Positions 23,608-35,630 of a stretch of DNA of 64,000 bases are shown here, piece by piece (position 1 is the stretch's first letter; every line of letters begins with the position of its first letter). The notes under the pieces are model-generated. The model searched no databases. It was not told the DNA's origin and was given only the letters and a program-made list of their open reading frames with translations. A program made the translations under genes and the position numbers. Source of the DNA: Selaginella moellendorffii (Eukaryota > Plantae > Lycopodiophyta); contig NW_003314288.1 in the NCBI RefSeq assembly GCF_000143415.4, positions 1,736,056 to 1,800,055 on the forward strand. The letters are read 5' to 3'.

Positions 23608-24974
23608 ATGGAGTTCTCGTGGGCGGAGGATTGTGTCCCAAAAACCGCCAAGGCTAAGCAGCTCGTCAAGAAAGTTGGCGAGCTCAGCAGGACGTTCCTG
23701 TGCTCCTCCAGCGGTACGCTGGCGCTTCCCAAGGATGGCCTCTCAATCACGTTTGTCAAGGTATCTCCTTTCTCCTTGCTTTTGTATTGTAAATCGATCA
23801 TTTGCAGGCCGATGGCTCTCCCGCGTTGCTGACTTTCGATGGGTCAACAAGCCCCTCCCCCGCGGCCGTGGAGGGAATCAAAGCAGCAAAGCCTCCGCTT
23901 ATCTGCGATCTGGACGTGTATCAACTGGGCAACCTCGCCGCCCCACTCGTCCATGGCTACAGCGTCAAAGCTGAGCTCCACAAGCTCAGCCTTAAAAAGG
24001 CCAAAGACAAGTTTGAGCTTGTCCGTGGTGGCGAAGCCAGCTCCTCCACTTGCGTCGGAACTCTAGTGCTGGTTCTTCCGCTGCCACACACCGGCGGCGA
24101 CGTACTCGTCCGCCCGGCCTCTGGAAAATCCGGCGAGCTCAAGTTCCCCGTTAGAACAAGTGGATCATCAGAGCTTACCTGGGTGGCGTGCCTGCGGCCG
24201 CACGGTGTCGACGTCGGCGCGATTGAGTCCGGGCAGCAGCTCACGCTCTGGTACAACCTCCACCGCCTCGAACGCGCTACGGCGAAACGCAAGCGTGATG
24301 ATCCCAAGAAGCTGCTGGGCGATCCAAAGTCTTCGCCCCTCTACTGGGTCCTCCGGGAGATTTATGAGGACGACAAGTTTTGTCCCGTCGCTGGCTGCAT
24401 CCTGGGAATCCCAGGCACCGGGGACGAGAACTGGGACGATATGATCGTGCAGATAGCGAAGGCGGCTGGCATGGGTGCCAAGAAGGTGTTGGTGTTTAGC
24501 CGGGATGCTGGTGATCCCGAAATGTTACTGGGGGAGAAGGATGACATTCCGGACTATAGCTTAGACTGCACTCAACCGGGATTGAGCAGTGCTAAAGCGG
24601 TGGTGTGGTGCCGGGGCTTGAGTTCATTTCGTTGGGAGCACGAGACGGCAGGGAAGTATTACAATGAGTATAATTATGCCAAGGCTGCCGCAGTGATGGT
24701 GGTGGTGCCTTGCCTGGACAAGAGGCGAGCAAACCCGGGTGATGACGATGATCGGCTTCAGCACTATGGGATCATCTTGGATGACTCTGATGTATGGGAG
24801 GAAGAGTGCACCTTTGAGTATGCCTTCCACGGGGACAATGTCAAGGAGGAAGAGGACGAGGACGAGAGCGGGGAGGACGAGGGCGAAGGGAACGAGAGCA
24901 AAGAGGACGAGGATGAGAGCAGGGAGGACGAGGGCGAAGGGGACGAGAGCAAAGAGGACGAGGACGACGAGTGA
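23608..24974 (+). CDS. Fe(II)/2OG-dioxygenase-like protein, copy 2, with expanded acidic tail (intron 23761-23807)
   Basis: Close paralog of copy 1 with the same intron position and an open frame. Confidence 0.72.
24852..24971 (+). repeat. 51-bp tandem repeat, about 2.3 copies, encoding EDEDES(G/R)EDEGEG(N/D)ESK
   Basis: Direct repeat units begin at 24852, 24903 and 24954. Confidence 0.9.
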
Positions 24975-25367
24975 CGAGGGAGCCACTGGAGAAATTTATG
25001 GACTGCAATAGGCAATATTAGTAATAGACTCCCACCTTTTGAATAGAAATGACCACCACCACCAAACTAGAACTTGAATACCCAAACGAGCCTCTCCAAT
25101 CCCCCGTGTTCAAGCATCCATTCAAGGCCATCAGTCTGCTGACGGCTGCTGCCAGATGAATCAGTCTCCCACAGTCTGGCCATGCCGTGCTTAGCAAGCC
25201 GCAAGCATGCCTTACCTCCGAGCAGCATGCTCCTATCAGCAGTGGATAAGAAAAAACCAAGAAAAAAAGAACATCGAAACTTGTCAGCGATCTTTGGTTG
25301 ATCCATGGGATTCACAGCTTGCTGTCATCGTTATAAGTGCATTCATGGACAGTCACTAAAGCTTAAA

Positions 25368-26030
25368 CTGTCCCAAAGACCCAAGGCCAAGGAGCTCGTC
25401 AAGAAAGTTGGCGAGCTCAGCAGGACGTTCCTGTGCGCCTCGACTGGTACGCTGCCCATGGCCTCTCAATCTCGTCCAATCAACTCCTGATACGAGCTGA
25501 TCGTGCTAAAGCCACAAAAGAAATGAGAGAGCAAGAGCGAGATTGAGCGTTACTTTCCTCAAGGTATCTCCTTTAGTCAAAATGCTTTTCCTCGATTGAT
25601 GCTTCCCTCACAGGCCGCTTGCTGATCTTCGAGCCCTTCCGAAGGAATCAAAGCCGCAAAACCCCCGCTGTCCTGCAATCTGGACGTGTATCAACTGGGC
25701 AACCTCGTCGCCCCGCTCGTCCAGGGCTACAGCGTCAAAGCCGAGCTCCACATAAAAAGGCCAAAGATAAGTTTGGCTTGGCAGCAAAATGACGAGTGCC
25801 AAAGCAGTGTGGGGCATTGGTTCGTTTCGGTGGGAGCACGAGACAAGCGGGAAGTATTACGAGTTTAACTACCCAAGGAATGCCTGAGCAAGAGGCGGGC
25901 AGACCCGGGTGATGAAGCTTGAGAATTATGAGATCATCTTGGAAGCGCACCTTTGAGTATGCCTTTCAGGGGGACGAAGTGAGCAGTCGTTTGATTCATA
26001 GACTCCCACCTGAAACCACCACCACGGTGA
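25368..26030 (+). pseudogene. Third, deletion-riddled copy of the 2OG-dioxygenase-like gene
   Basis: ccaaggccaaggagctcgtcaagaaagttggcgagctcagcaggacgttcctgtgc, tggacgtgtatcaactgggcaacctcg and cacctttgagtatgcctt all match copies 1/2; frame is broken. Confidence 0.88.
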
Positions 26031-26074
26031 TCATACTGCCCAGTCTATAGAAGAAACGAAGAAGGTGAGATAAC

Positions 26075-28420
26075 TTAACGAGTACCTGTGTAAATGCTCG
26101 AAAGCGTCACGTAAGTTGGAGGCTCCTCCGGGACGAGGCCGATACATGTCCGTGCCGCCCGTGTTGCTCGCTCCACATCGCCGTGGACCCTGCAAGCATC
26201 CAGCAGCGACGTCAAAACCATGGGATTCGACGGCTGCTTCAAGTGCCCCGCAAACTTCTCGGCCTCCTCCAAGCGTCCGGTGCGTCCTACCAGATCAATC
26301 AGGCTGCCATAGTGCTCGCTCGTCGGCAGCAGGCCGTGCTCTCTGGTCATGGAAGTGAAGCACTCGAGCGCTTCCTCCAGCAGGCCGGCGTGCCGGCAGG
26401 CCGAGAGGACAATCACGTAAGTGATTGCGTCCGGCTTTACGTCCTCCTGTTGCATCCTCCGAAACGCGAGGATCGTTCCCCTGGCCTTGCCGTGCTGAGC
26501 ATAAGCCGCAAGCATCGAGTTCCATGCCGCTGTGTCTCTCTCGGCCATCAGCTCAAAAGCAGCCTGTGCTTCCATGAGGCTGCCACTCTTCCCATACATG
26601 CTCACGAGCGCCGTTCCCAGAGAGAGCTCTATCGCCAGGCCCCTCTCTCTCACGCAGCCATGGACAGCCTTGCCATCTTTCAGCGAAGGCAAGCTTGCGC
26701 ATGCGTTAAGAACCGTCGCAAACGTGAGCCTGTCAGGAACCACGGCTTCCAGGAGCATCCGGTGGTATACGTGCAGTGCTTCCCTGTCTTTCCCTTGCTG
26801 GAAGCAGGCCGTGATCATCGACGTCCACGATATCAAGTTTCGCAGCTCCATTTTCTCGAACAGGAGACGGGTGTCGCCGAGGCTAGCGCACTTCCCATAC
26901 ATGTCGAGAAGAGAGTTGGCCACGCAGACGTCGTCCTCCAGCCCAGCCTCGGCAGCGTGAGCGTGGACTACCTTCCCAGCTTCGAGAGCTTCTTCGCTGG
27001 CGAACGAGTTCAGCAGGGACATGAAAGTTATCCCGTCCGGCTTGACACCTTCCAGTTGAATCCGCTGGTAGAGCCGGAAAGCTTGCGAGGAGCACTTGGC
27101 GTCGGCATAAACTCCAAACATGGTGTTCCAGGAGACGAGATTTCGCGAGCTCATGTCGTAGAAAACACGCTCCGAGTCTTCCAGAGCCCCGCATTTGCCA
27201 TACATGTTGATCAGCGCAGTCCGGACCACGAGATCCGGGTCGCAGCGAACGTACTCGTGAATCATCCGGCCCGTCCGAAGAGCTGCTGGACCGGAGCACG
27301 CATTGAGCAAGCTCACAAACGTAGCTTTCGTCGGCCTTTTCCCTTCCAGCAGCATCTTGTAGAAGAGCTTGAGCGTGTCTCCATAGCTACCGAGCTCCGC
27401 GGACGCTGCGATGATCGCGTTGTAAGACACCACGTCCTTGTCCAGGATCATCCGGAAAGCCTTCCTCGCCTCGGCCAGGCAGCCACACTTGCTGTACAAG
27501 TTGACGAGAGCTGTCCCGACTAGAACGTTGGAGATCAATCCGCCAGCGGCAGCCTTCTCGTGGATGATCCTCCCTTGTTCTAGATCACCCGAGTCGGCAC
27601 AGGCATTGAGCACCGCCACGAAAGTCACCTCGTTCGGAGCCACCAGCTTCAGCTCCATCTTCTGGAAGTTCTCCAGAGCTTGATCGTAGAACCCATGGTT
27701 GGCGTAGGCAGTGATCAATGCTGTCCAGCTTATCACCGTCTTCTCGCGGACTCCATCGAAGATCTCTCGCGCGGCATCCACGTCTCCGCATTTGCCAAAC
27801 ATGTTGACGAGCGCGGTCCCGACGGTGGAGTCCTTGCAGTGCTCGGTCTCTCCAACGTTTCTGGAAAGGAGATAGGCCTCTCGAGCAAAAGGCCCGCGAG
27901 CGCAAACATCGATGGCCGTGAAGAAGGTGACCCTGTTTGGAGCAATCCCCGCGAGCAGCATCCTCTGGTAGATCTCAAACGCCTTCCAGAGCTCACCGTT
28001 CTGCGAGAAGGCCGTGATCATCGACGTCCACGACACCACGGTCGTGGATCGCATCGCCTGGAACACAGCATAGGCGCGCGCGGGGCTGCCGCATTTGCCA
28101 TACATTTTGATGAGATTGTTGTGGACGAAGACGTTGTTGTCGTCGATCCCGGCCCTGGCGAGGTTCTCGTGGACTTGGATCCCCAGAGCCAGGGATCTCT
28201 CGCAGGAACACACCTGGAGGAGGTGGAAGTAGAGCTCTGGATCCGGCCGCGCCTGCGCATTGATGCTCCCCAGAGCGTCCCTCACCTGGCCGAGATTTTG
28301 GATCGTGCTCTGGTACCCCAGGCATTCCTTCAAGATCGCCTTCTTCTTGCCCTCCTCGGTGCCGATAGCTGACGATCGCACAAATTGGATACATTTCTTG
28401 CCGCTGCTCCTGCGGATCAT
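26075..28420 (-). CDS. PLS-class PPR protein (P-L-S triplets), E-type; intronless
   Basis: 781-aa ORF with repeated ALVNMYGKCG, VSWT.MI and PD..TF..VL.AC motifs; HYGSLIDLVGRTG. Confidence 0.93.
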   Translation of the reverse strand: MIRRSSGKKCIQFVRSSAIGTEEGKKKAILKECLGYQSTIQNLGQVRDALGSINAQARPDPELYFHLLQVCSCERSLALGIQVHENLARAGIDDNNVFVHNNLIKMYGKCGSPARAYAVFQAMRSTTVVSWTSMITAFSQNGELWKAFEIYQRMLLAGIAPNRVTFFTAIDVCARGPFAREAYLLSRNVGETEHCKDSTVGTALVNMFGKCGDVDAAREIFDGVREKTVISWTALITAYANHGFYDQALENFQKMELKLVAPNEVTFVAVLNACADSGDLEQGRIIHEKAAAGGLISNVLVGTALVNLYSKCGCLAEARKAFRMILDKDVVSYNAIIAASAELGSYGDTLKLFYKMLLEGKRPTKATFVSLLNACSGPAALRTGRMIHEYVRCDPDLVVRTALINMYGKCGALEDSERVFYDMSSRNLVSWNTMFGVYADAKCSSQAFRLYQRIQLEGVKPDGITFMSLLNSFASEEALEAGKVVHAHAAEAGLEDDVCVANSLLDMYGKCASLGDTRLLFEKMELRNLISWTSMITACFQQGKDREALHVYHRMLLEAVVPDRLTFATVLNACASLPSLKDGKAVHGCVRERGLAIELSLGTALVSMYGKSGSLMEAQAAFELMAERDTAAWNSMLAAYAQHGKARGTILAFRRMQQEDVKPDAITYVIVLSACRHAGLLEEALECFTSMTREHGLLPTSEHYGSLIDLVGRTGRLEEAEKFAGHLKQPSNPMVLTSLLDACRVHGDVERATRAARTCIGLVPEEPPTYVTLSSIYTGTR

Positions 28421-28537
28421 GAGATCGCTGGATCATCCATCGCGCCTCTCGGAAGAACCCTAATTTCTGCTCATAAGAAGAGAAATAAGCTTTCTTGTTG
28501 GATGCGCGGCTCCGGCGTGGCGGGTTTAGGGTTTTAG

Positions 28538-30623
<2,086 letters not shown>

Positions 30624-30821
30624 CACAATCAAATCTTTCACAGTATACTGTTAATGTCCATCAGGTTTGAATTTATTGTTGATACAAGATGATATGTTCT
30701 CATTGTTTATAAACATGGTTTGATATGTTCGCAAATTTGTTGATTGGTTCTCAAAGGTAGTTTTTACGTTACAAGGCTTCCTCTTGGGTCAGAGTTATGT
30801 TACCAAAATATTCTCGGGAGG

Positions 30822-31472
30822 TCAACTATGGTCAAGAGAGTTGACCTCCGGATTATAGTCAACGACGTGGAAGATGAAGTCGGGGTACGCGAGCGTGAGC
30901 TCCTGGAGCGCCTTTAGCGTGAGCGGCCGCAAGATTGTCTCGTGCTTGGCCACCATCGCCCTCCACTCATCGCGATCGATCCTCCCATCCAGATTGGTAT
31001 CCGCCTCGGCGAACGTAGCATCCACGATGGGATCCAAGTTCGTCCCCGACGGTAGCGCGCCCGCGAGGAACCCCTCGATGTCGGACTTGACCAGGAAGCC
31101 CTTGCGCTGGAGGTCGTAGAAATCGAACATGAACTTGATCTTGGCGTCGCGCGGCGTGCTGGGATGGAAGACCGCGAGGCCGCGCGCAAACTCGTCGAAA
31201 TTCAGCCGCCCATCTCGGTCCACATCGAACATGTCGAAGAAGCGCGCGCTCATCCGGCAGCCCTGCGCCCAGGTGGCCTTGCTCAGCTTGAAGCTGCGAT
31301 CCTCGCCCTGGCACAGACTAGCGAAGAGCTCGTGGAGGGCTTCGAGCTCGCAGACCTGGAAGGGCGTGGCGCTGGCGATCTTGGCCAGGCAGTCGATGTT
31401 GTAGAGCTTGTCTTTCGGGGGAGCGCCGCCGCCAAAGCAAGAGAAAACCCACTTGGAAATCAGACTGGCCAT
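30822..31472 (-). CDS. Calcineurin B-like (CBL) calcium sensor, divergent; intronless
   Basis: T.F...ELEAL.ELF, FDMFD...F.EFARGL.VFHP, KI.F.F..YDL, TFAEADTNLDGRID..EW, LTL..L.ELT..YPDFIFH. Confidence 0.88.
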   Translation of the reverse strand: MASLISKWVFSCFGGGAPPKDKLYNIDCLAKIASATPFQVCELEALHELFASLCQGEDRSFKLSKATWAQGCRMSARFFDMFDVDRDGRLNFDEFARGLAVFHPSTPRDAKIKFMFDFYDLQRKGFLVKSDIEGFLAGALPSGTNLDPIVDATFAEADTNLDGRIDRDEWRAMVAKHETILRPLTLKALQELTLAYPDFIFHVVDYNPEVNSLDHS

Positions 31473-31600
31473 CCAATGGAAGAGCCCTAATCTGCTCTCG
31501 TTCTATATATATATGGGATTCGCTAAAAAGGTACATCCCATCCAAGAATATGCCAGGTTAGGGTTCGTGGAACGATTATAAGTTATATCATCCATCTAAA

Positions 31601-31671
31601 GCACTGCTGGTCTAGTGGTAGAATAGTTCCCTGCCACGGAACAGACCCGGGTTCGATTCCCGGGCAGTGCA
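31601..31671 (+). tRNA. tRNA-Gly(GCC)
   Basis: Acceptor stem GCACTGC/GCAGTGC, anticodon arm GTTCC-CTGCCAC-GGAAC, T arm CCGGG-TTCGATT-CCCGG. Confidence 0.95.
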
Positions 31672-31724
31672 ACCACTCAATTTGTTCTCCAAGTAAACTG
31701 AGCTTCATATAGTTTTTATACTTA

Positions 31725-31793
31725 AATTCCTGCTTCGAATCTGCTTAGTGCAGCGTATGTAAGCTCGAAAGCATTTTCTCCTGTTCAACAAAG
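31725..31793 (-). repeat. Degenerate duplicate of the terminal exon and splice acceptor of the adjacent minus-strand gene
   Basis: Direct repeat of 31855-31931. Confidence 0.85.
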
Positions 31794-31830
31794 TTTATAC
31801 TTGTGAAATCTTTGAATTTCTACATAAGAT

Positions 31831-32785
31831 TTATGCAATGCCAAGACAGGCCCGAATTCCTGCTTCGAATGTGCTTAGTGCAGCGTATGTAAGCTCGAAA
31901 GCATTTGCTACTTCAGTCCTGTTCAACAAAGAAGAGTAAACTTAAACTATACGTACTCTAAAAAATGTTCAAGGAACACACACTTACGATGAAGTAGGGG
32001 CTGTCACAGACTCATCTAAATACGTGAATGACCTGTCTTAAAGAAAACTTAGAATTCTAGGATGAGATCTTTCAAGTACATGGCCATACCTTATCAGATT
32101 TTCCAATGCCAAGTAGGCCTTGATCTTCACCGGATCAGAGTTATCGAGCAAAGACGCCGCATTCTTGACAAGGAGTCTAAATGTACACACCTGATCATCA
32201 AAATGGAAGTTTTGTACTTGAGACAGAGAGAGTAATAAGAAAAGTTTGTAAGAGACCTCTACACCTGTGCGGCTCTGAAGATCCAAGATTGATCCAGCTT
32301 CCACGGGGATGCAATCACGAGCAGCAATCCTGATGAGATTTCCCGCTTCTAATGGATTTGACGAACCTGCAAATTTACATGAAAATCTTGGGGCACGAAG
32401 AAAGAGCTTGACTTAACTGAAAAGAAGAAACGCACTCTCCAAACGTTCTCGTGAGCGAGCAATTGGTACCAGCAAAAAATCTGCTGTTCGTTTCTTCTGT
32501 TGTTTGAGCCATTCCTTTGGTCCTGCTGGAACAACAATTTAGAGATCTCTATCATGCAAAAACTCTAAAGAAGAAGTATATAAGCTTCTCACAAGTCCCC
32601 AAAGAAAATGCTTGGGCCGTGTCGATCTTCTGCGAGCAAGCTGTGATGGCCACTGCCAGTGAAACTAAGCTCAATCTCCGGCTAGCAGTGCTGCATTTCG
32701 TAGAGACACTCTTGTCTGCCTGCTGGAGTGAAAACTGGTGAATTTCACTGTGGCGTGCCTCCATAGTTGCCGCCGCCATAGCCAT
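31831..32785 (-). CDS. Conserved uncharacterised chloroplast protein, probably in the thylakoid lumen (twin-Arg signal); spliced
   Basis: RRLSLVSLAVA...AQA|FSLG; exons GPKEWLKQQKKR, AARDCIP, VCTFRLLVKNAASLL, FEAGIRACLGIA*. Confidence 0.75.
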
Positions 32786-32968
32786 TCTCGCCAAATCCTG
32801 TTATCCTTCCACGTTGCAAGAGAATATATTAAAGTAATTGACCCTAAATTTTGTTAATTACAGGTAGGAGGCTTATAATCTTGAGCTTAGAATTGTTTGC
32901 TCTAGTTGAGTCCGCCAGCTGCAGCATAACATCGCAAGGGCGTTCTTTCAAGATCCAATTCGATCAAC

Positions 32969-33771
32969 ATGGAGATATCTGTGAAGCTCGCTTTTGTCAT
33001 GTTAGCATCTCCAATGTGTCTCTTGAATTGCGCAGCTCCATCGAACGCGGACGCCACAATCGACTGTCAGATGGGCGACTTCCAGGACGTGGACACCTTC
33101 CCTATCGGTATCTGCAAATGCAGCGAAGGATGGACCAACATTCTGGGCTCGCCCTATCTCCCCTGTGGAATACCAAAGTGTAAGAATCATGTACCCATGC
33201 TTTGTGCCTCGAGCTTTATCTCTTCTTTGCTCAATCCAGGCGACTTTAAAATGAGCTGCGATGGAGTGGATCCCGGCTCCCCACCACCAACCCCAAATAT
33301 CTCATTCAGTCGTAAGCGCTCGTGCCAGATGTGCTTTGATGATCGTTTCTCTGGCAGCTTGTTTGATCCCTTCCATCTGTGGCGAGGGTGGAGACTGCAT
33401 ATCACAAGGACTGAGCTTCGCCTACACTTGTGTGTGTCGCAACGGATACAGAAACCTGCTGAATCTTACGTCGGGAGTGTGCTTTCGAGACTGTAAGTTG
33501 TCAAGTTCCAAAGGTTGACGGACATATTAAGGGCCATGCAGGCCAACTTGGCGAAGGATGCCAGAATTTGGGGCTTGGAATCAACCCAAGGATTGAACCG
33601 CTGTCGCCACCAGCACCAATCCCACTCCAAAATAGTGAAGATCAAAGTGGTCTAAGCAAAGCATTCTAACATTTGCTTATTCCTGCAGAGGGTACCTGGC
33701 TGCTTCCATCGCCATTCCTTCTAGTGCTTGTGCTCCTTGTCACCATGATCACAACTCTTCTGGGCATATAG
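32969..33771 (+). CDS. Secreted EGF-like Cys-rich protein with hydrophobic (GPI/TM) C-terminus, copy 1; spliced
   Basis: Signal peptide, C.C.EGW..LPCGIP.C, CGEGGDC...YTCVC..GY.NLLN.T..CF..C, hydrophobic tail. Confidence 0.75.
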
Positions 33772-33924
33772 CTGTTTGACAATATTTTAAAGTAGCGTAA
33801 CTTTGCTGTTGCATGTAAAGGAACCGACTTGAACTCCATGATCCTGGCTTGTTTCATCGCTCGAGCTCATCCATTTTATTACACAGCACCATGTTTTGTC
33901 AAATCAAGTCGAAGCCTTTCAGCA

Positions 33925-34340
33925 CCTCAGTCCTGCAAAGAAAACGATCAAAAGAAATCTTCGAAGAACACACACTTACGCGCTGTAACCGACTTAAACG
34001 ACCTGTCTCAAAGAAAACAAAAGAAATCTAGCATGAGATCATTGAAATACATTGCCATACCTTTTCAGAATTTCTAATGCACCGGATTAGAGTTACGCTG
34101 CATTCTTGACCAGGAGTCTAAAAGTTCACACTTGATCATCAAAACGTTTGTGCTCGAGGAGAAAAAGTATATAATAAACTTCTGCACGTGTGTGGCTCTG
34201 AAGATCCGGGAGGGATTAGAAATTGGTACCTCATTTGTTAGATTAAGGTGTGATCTAGAGAAACTAAGCTCTCTGGCTAGCAGCGCTACATTTCGTAGCT
34301 GCTGAAATGAAAACCGCGTTGTTAATAGCAAACTTGAGGT
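33925..34340 (-). pseudogene. Decayed duplicate of the lumen-protein gene
   Basis: Collinear similarity to 31915-32830 (gacctgtct.aaagaaa, caccggat.agagtta, gaaactaagctc) with large deletions. Confidence 0.8.
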
Positions 34341-34460
34341 AAATTAAACATAATCTATAATTAATTAATATTTTAAATTTTAGAGGTTAAAATTTGTTTG
34401 CTCTTGTTGAGTCCGCCAGCTGCAACATAACATCCGCAAGGGCGTTCCAAAGCGATGAAC

Positions 34461-35298
34461 ATGGAAATATTTGTGAAGCTCTCTTTTTTCGCGCTCGCGT
34501 CAATGTTGGCATCTCCAAGTCCGTGAATGCTTTTTGTTTAAATCTTGACTCCTCTAAATCTCTTGAATACACAGCTCCATCGATCGCGGATGCTATAATA
34601 GACTGTCAGCAGGGTAGCTTTCAGGACGGTGTCTGCAAATGCAGCGAAGGATGGACCAACTTTCTGGGCTCGCCCTATCTCCCCTGTGGAATACCAAAGT
34701 GTAAGATTCACGTAGTCCGGTAGCTTTAATTCCACACCTCAATCCAGGCGACTTTAGGATGAGCTGCGATGGAGTGGATCCCAGTACCCCAGCACCACCC
34801 CCAAATTTCTCAATCAGTCGTAAGCGCTCGCGATTCCTCTCCCAGATTTGCTCTGATCGTTTCTGGCAGCTTGTTTGATCCCTTTCATCTGTGGCGAGGG
34901 CGGGGACTGCATATCACAAAAGTTGAGCTTGGCGTACACTTGCGTGTGTCGCAAGGGATACAGAAACCTGCTGAACTCTACGTCGGGAATGTGCTTTAGG
35001 GACTGTAAGTTCTGAAGTTTCAAAGGTGTTGATGGACATATCAATGCGCGACGAATCGCCATGCAGGCCAAGTTGGCATGGGATGCCAGGATTTGGGGCT
35101 TGGAATTAACCCAATGATTGAACCTCCGCCGCCACCACCACCAGTCCTATTTCAAAATAGTGAAGAATCTCAAAGTGTTCTAAAAGCAAAGTATCCTAAC
35201 ATTTGGTTTTCCCTGCAGAGGGTACCTGGCTGCTTCCATCGCCACAGCTTCTAGTGCTCGTCCTCGTTGTTGCCATGACCACGACTCTGGGCAAATAG
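34461..35298 (+). CDS. EGF-like Cys-rich protein, copy 2; spliced
   Basis: Paralog of 32969-33771 with an extra intron at 34519-34574; stop at 35296-35298. Confidence 0.72.
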
Positions 35299-35582
35299 AT
35301 GTTTGACAATATTGTAATCCGCAAAGAAGTAGCAAAGTTGTACGTTGCATGCAAAGTAATCGACTCGAGGCCCGATCACTAGAGCTCATACATTTGATCA
35401 CACAGCACCACTTTTGTCAAGTCAAGCTTAAATCTCTGGAAGCCCTTGCATCTGTGGTCCAAAAGCTTGACTTCCCCGGTCCACAAAGTCATCCAAAGTT
35501 GGAGCTCTCTCGCAATCTTGTGATCACAGTCCAAAAGGAGAAAATTACTCAAGCTTTACAGACCTCTGAAAGAGCCACGGTG

Positions 35583-35630
35583 ATGGCAGCACTTCTTCTT
35601 CTTCTTTTTCTTCGAGCTTTGCCACAGTGA
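35583..35630 (+). promoter_or_regulatory. 15-codon uORF whose stop overlaps the RLK start (TGATG)
   Basis: MAALLLLLFLRALPQ*, arising from a duplicated start cassette. Confidence 0.6.

Noticed and set aside
31672-31720. Possible dicistronic tRNA-Gly-snoRNA or genome-encoded CCA
   Set aside because: No box C (TGATGA) before the T run and the trailer is too short; the sequence after the discriminator is ACCA, not CCA
31730-31905. Repeated imperfect hairpin suggesting a miRNA or CRISPR-like array
   Set aside because: Explained as a duplicated coding exon; only two copies, in a eukaryotic context
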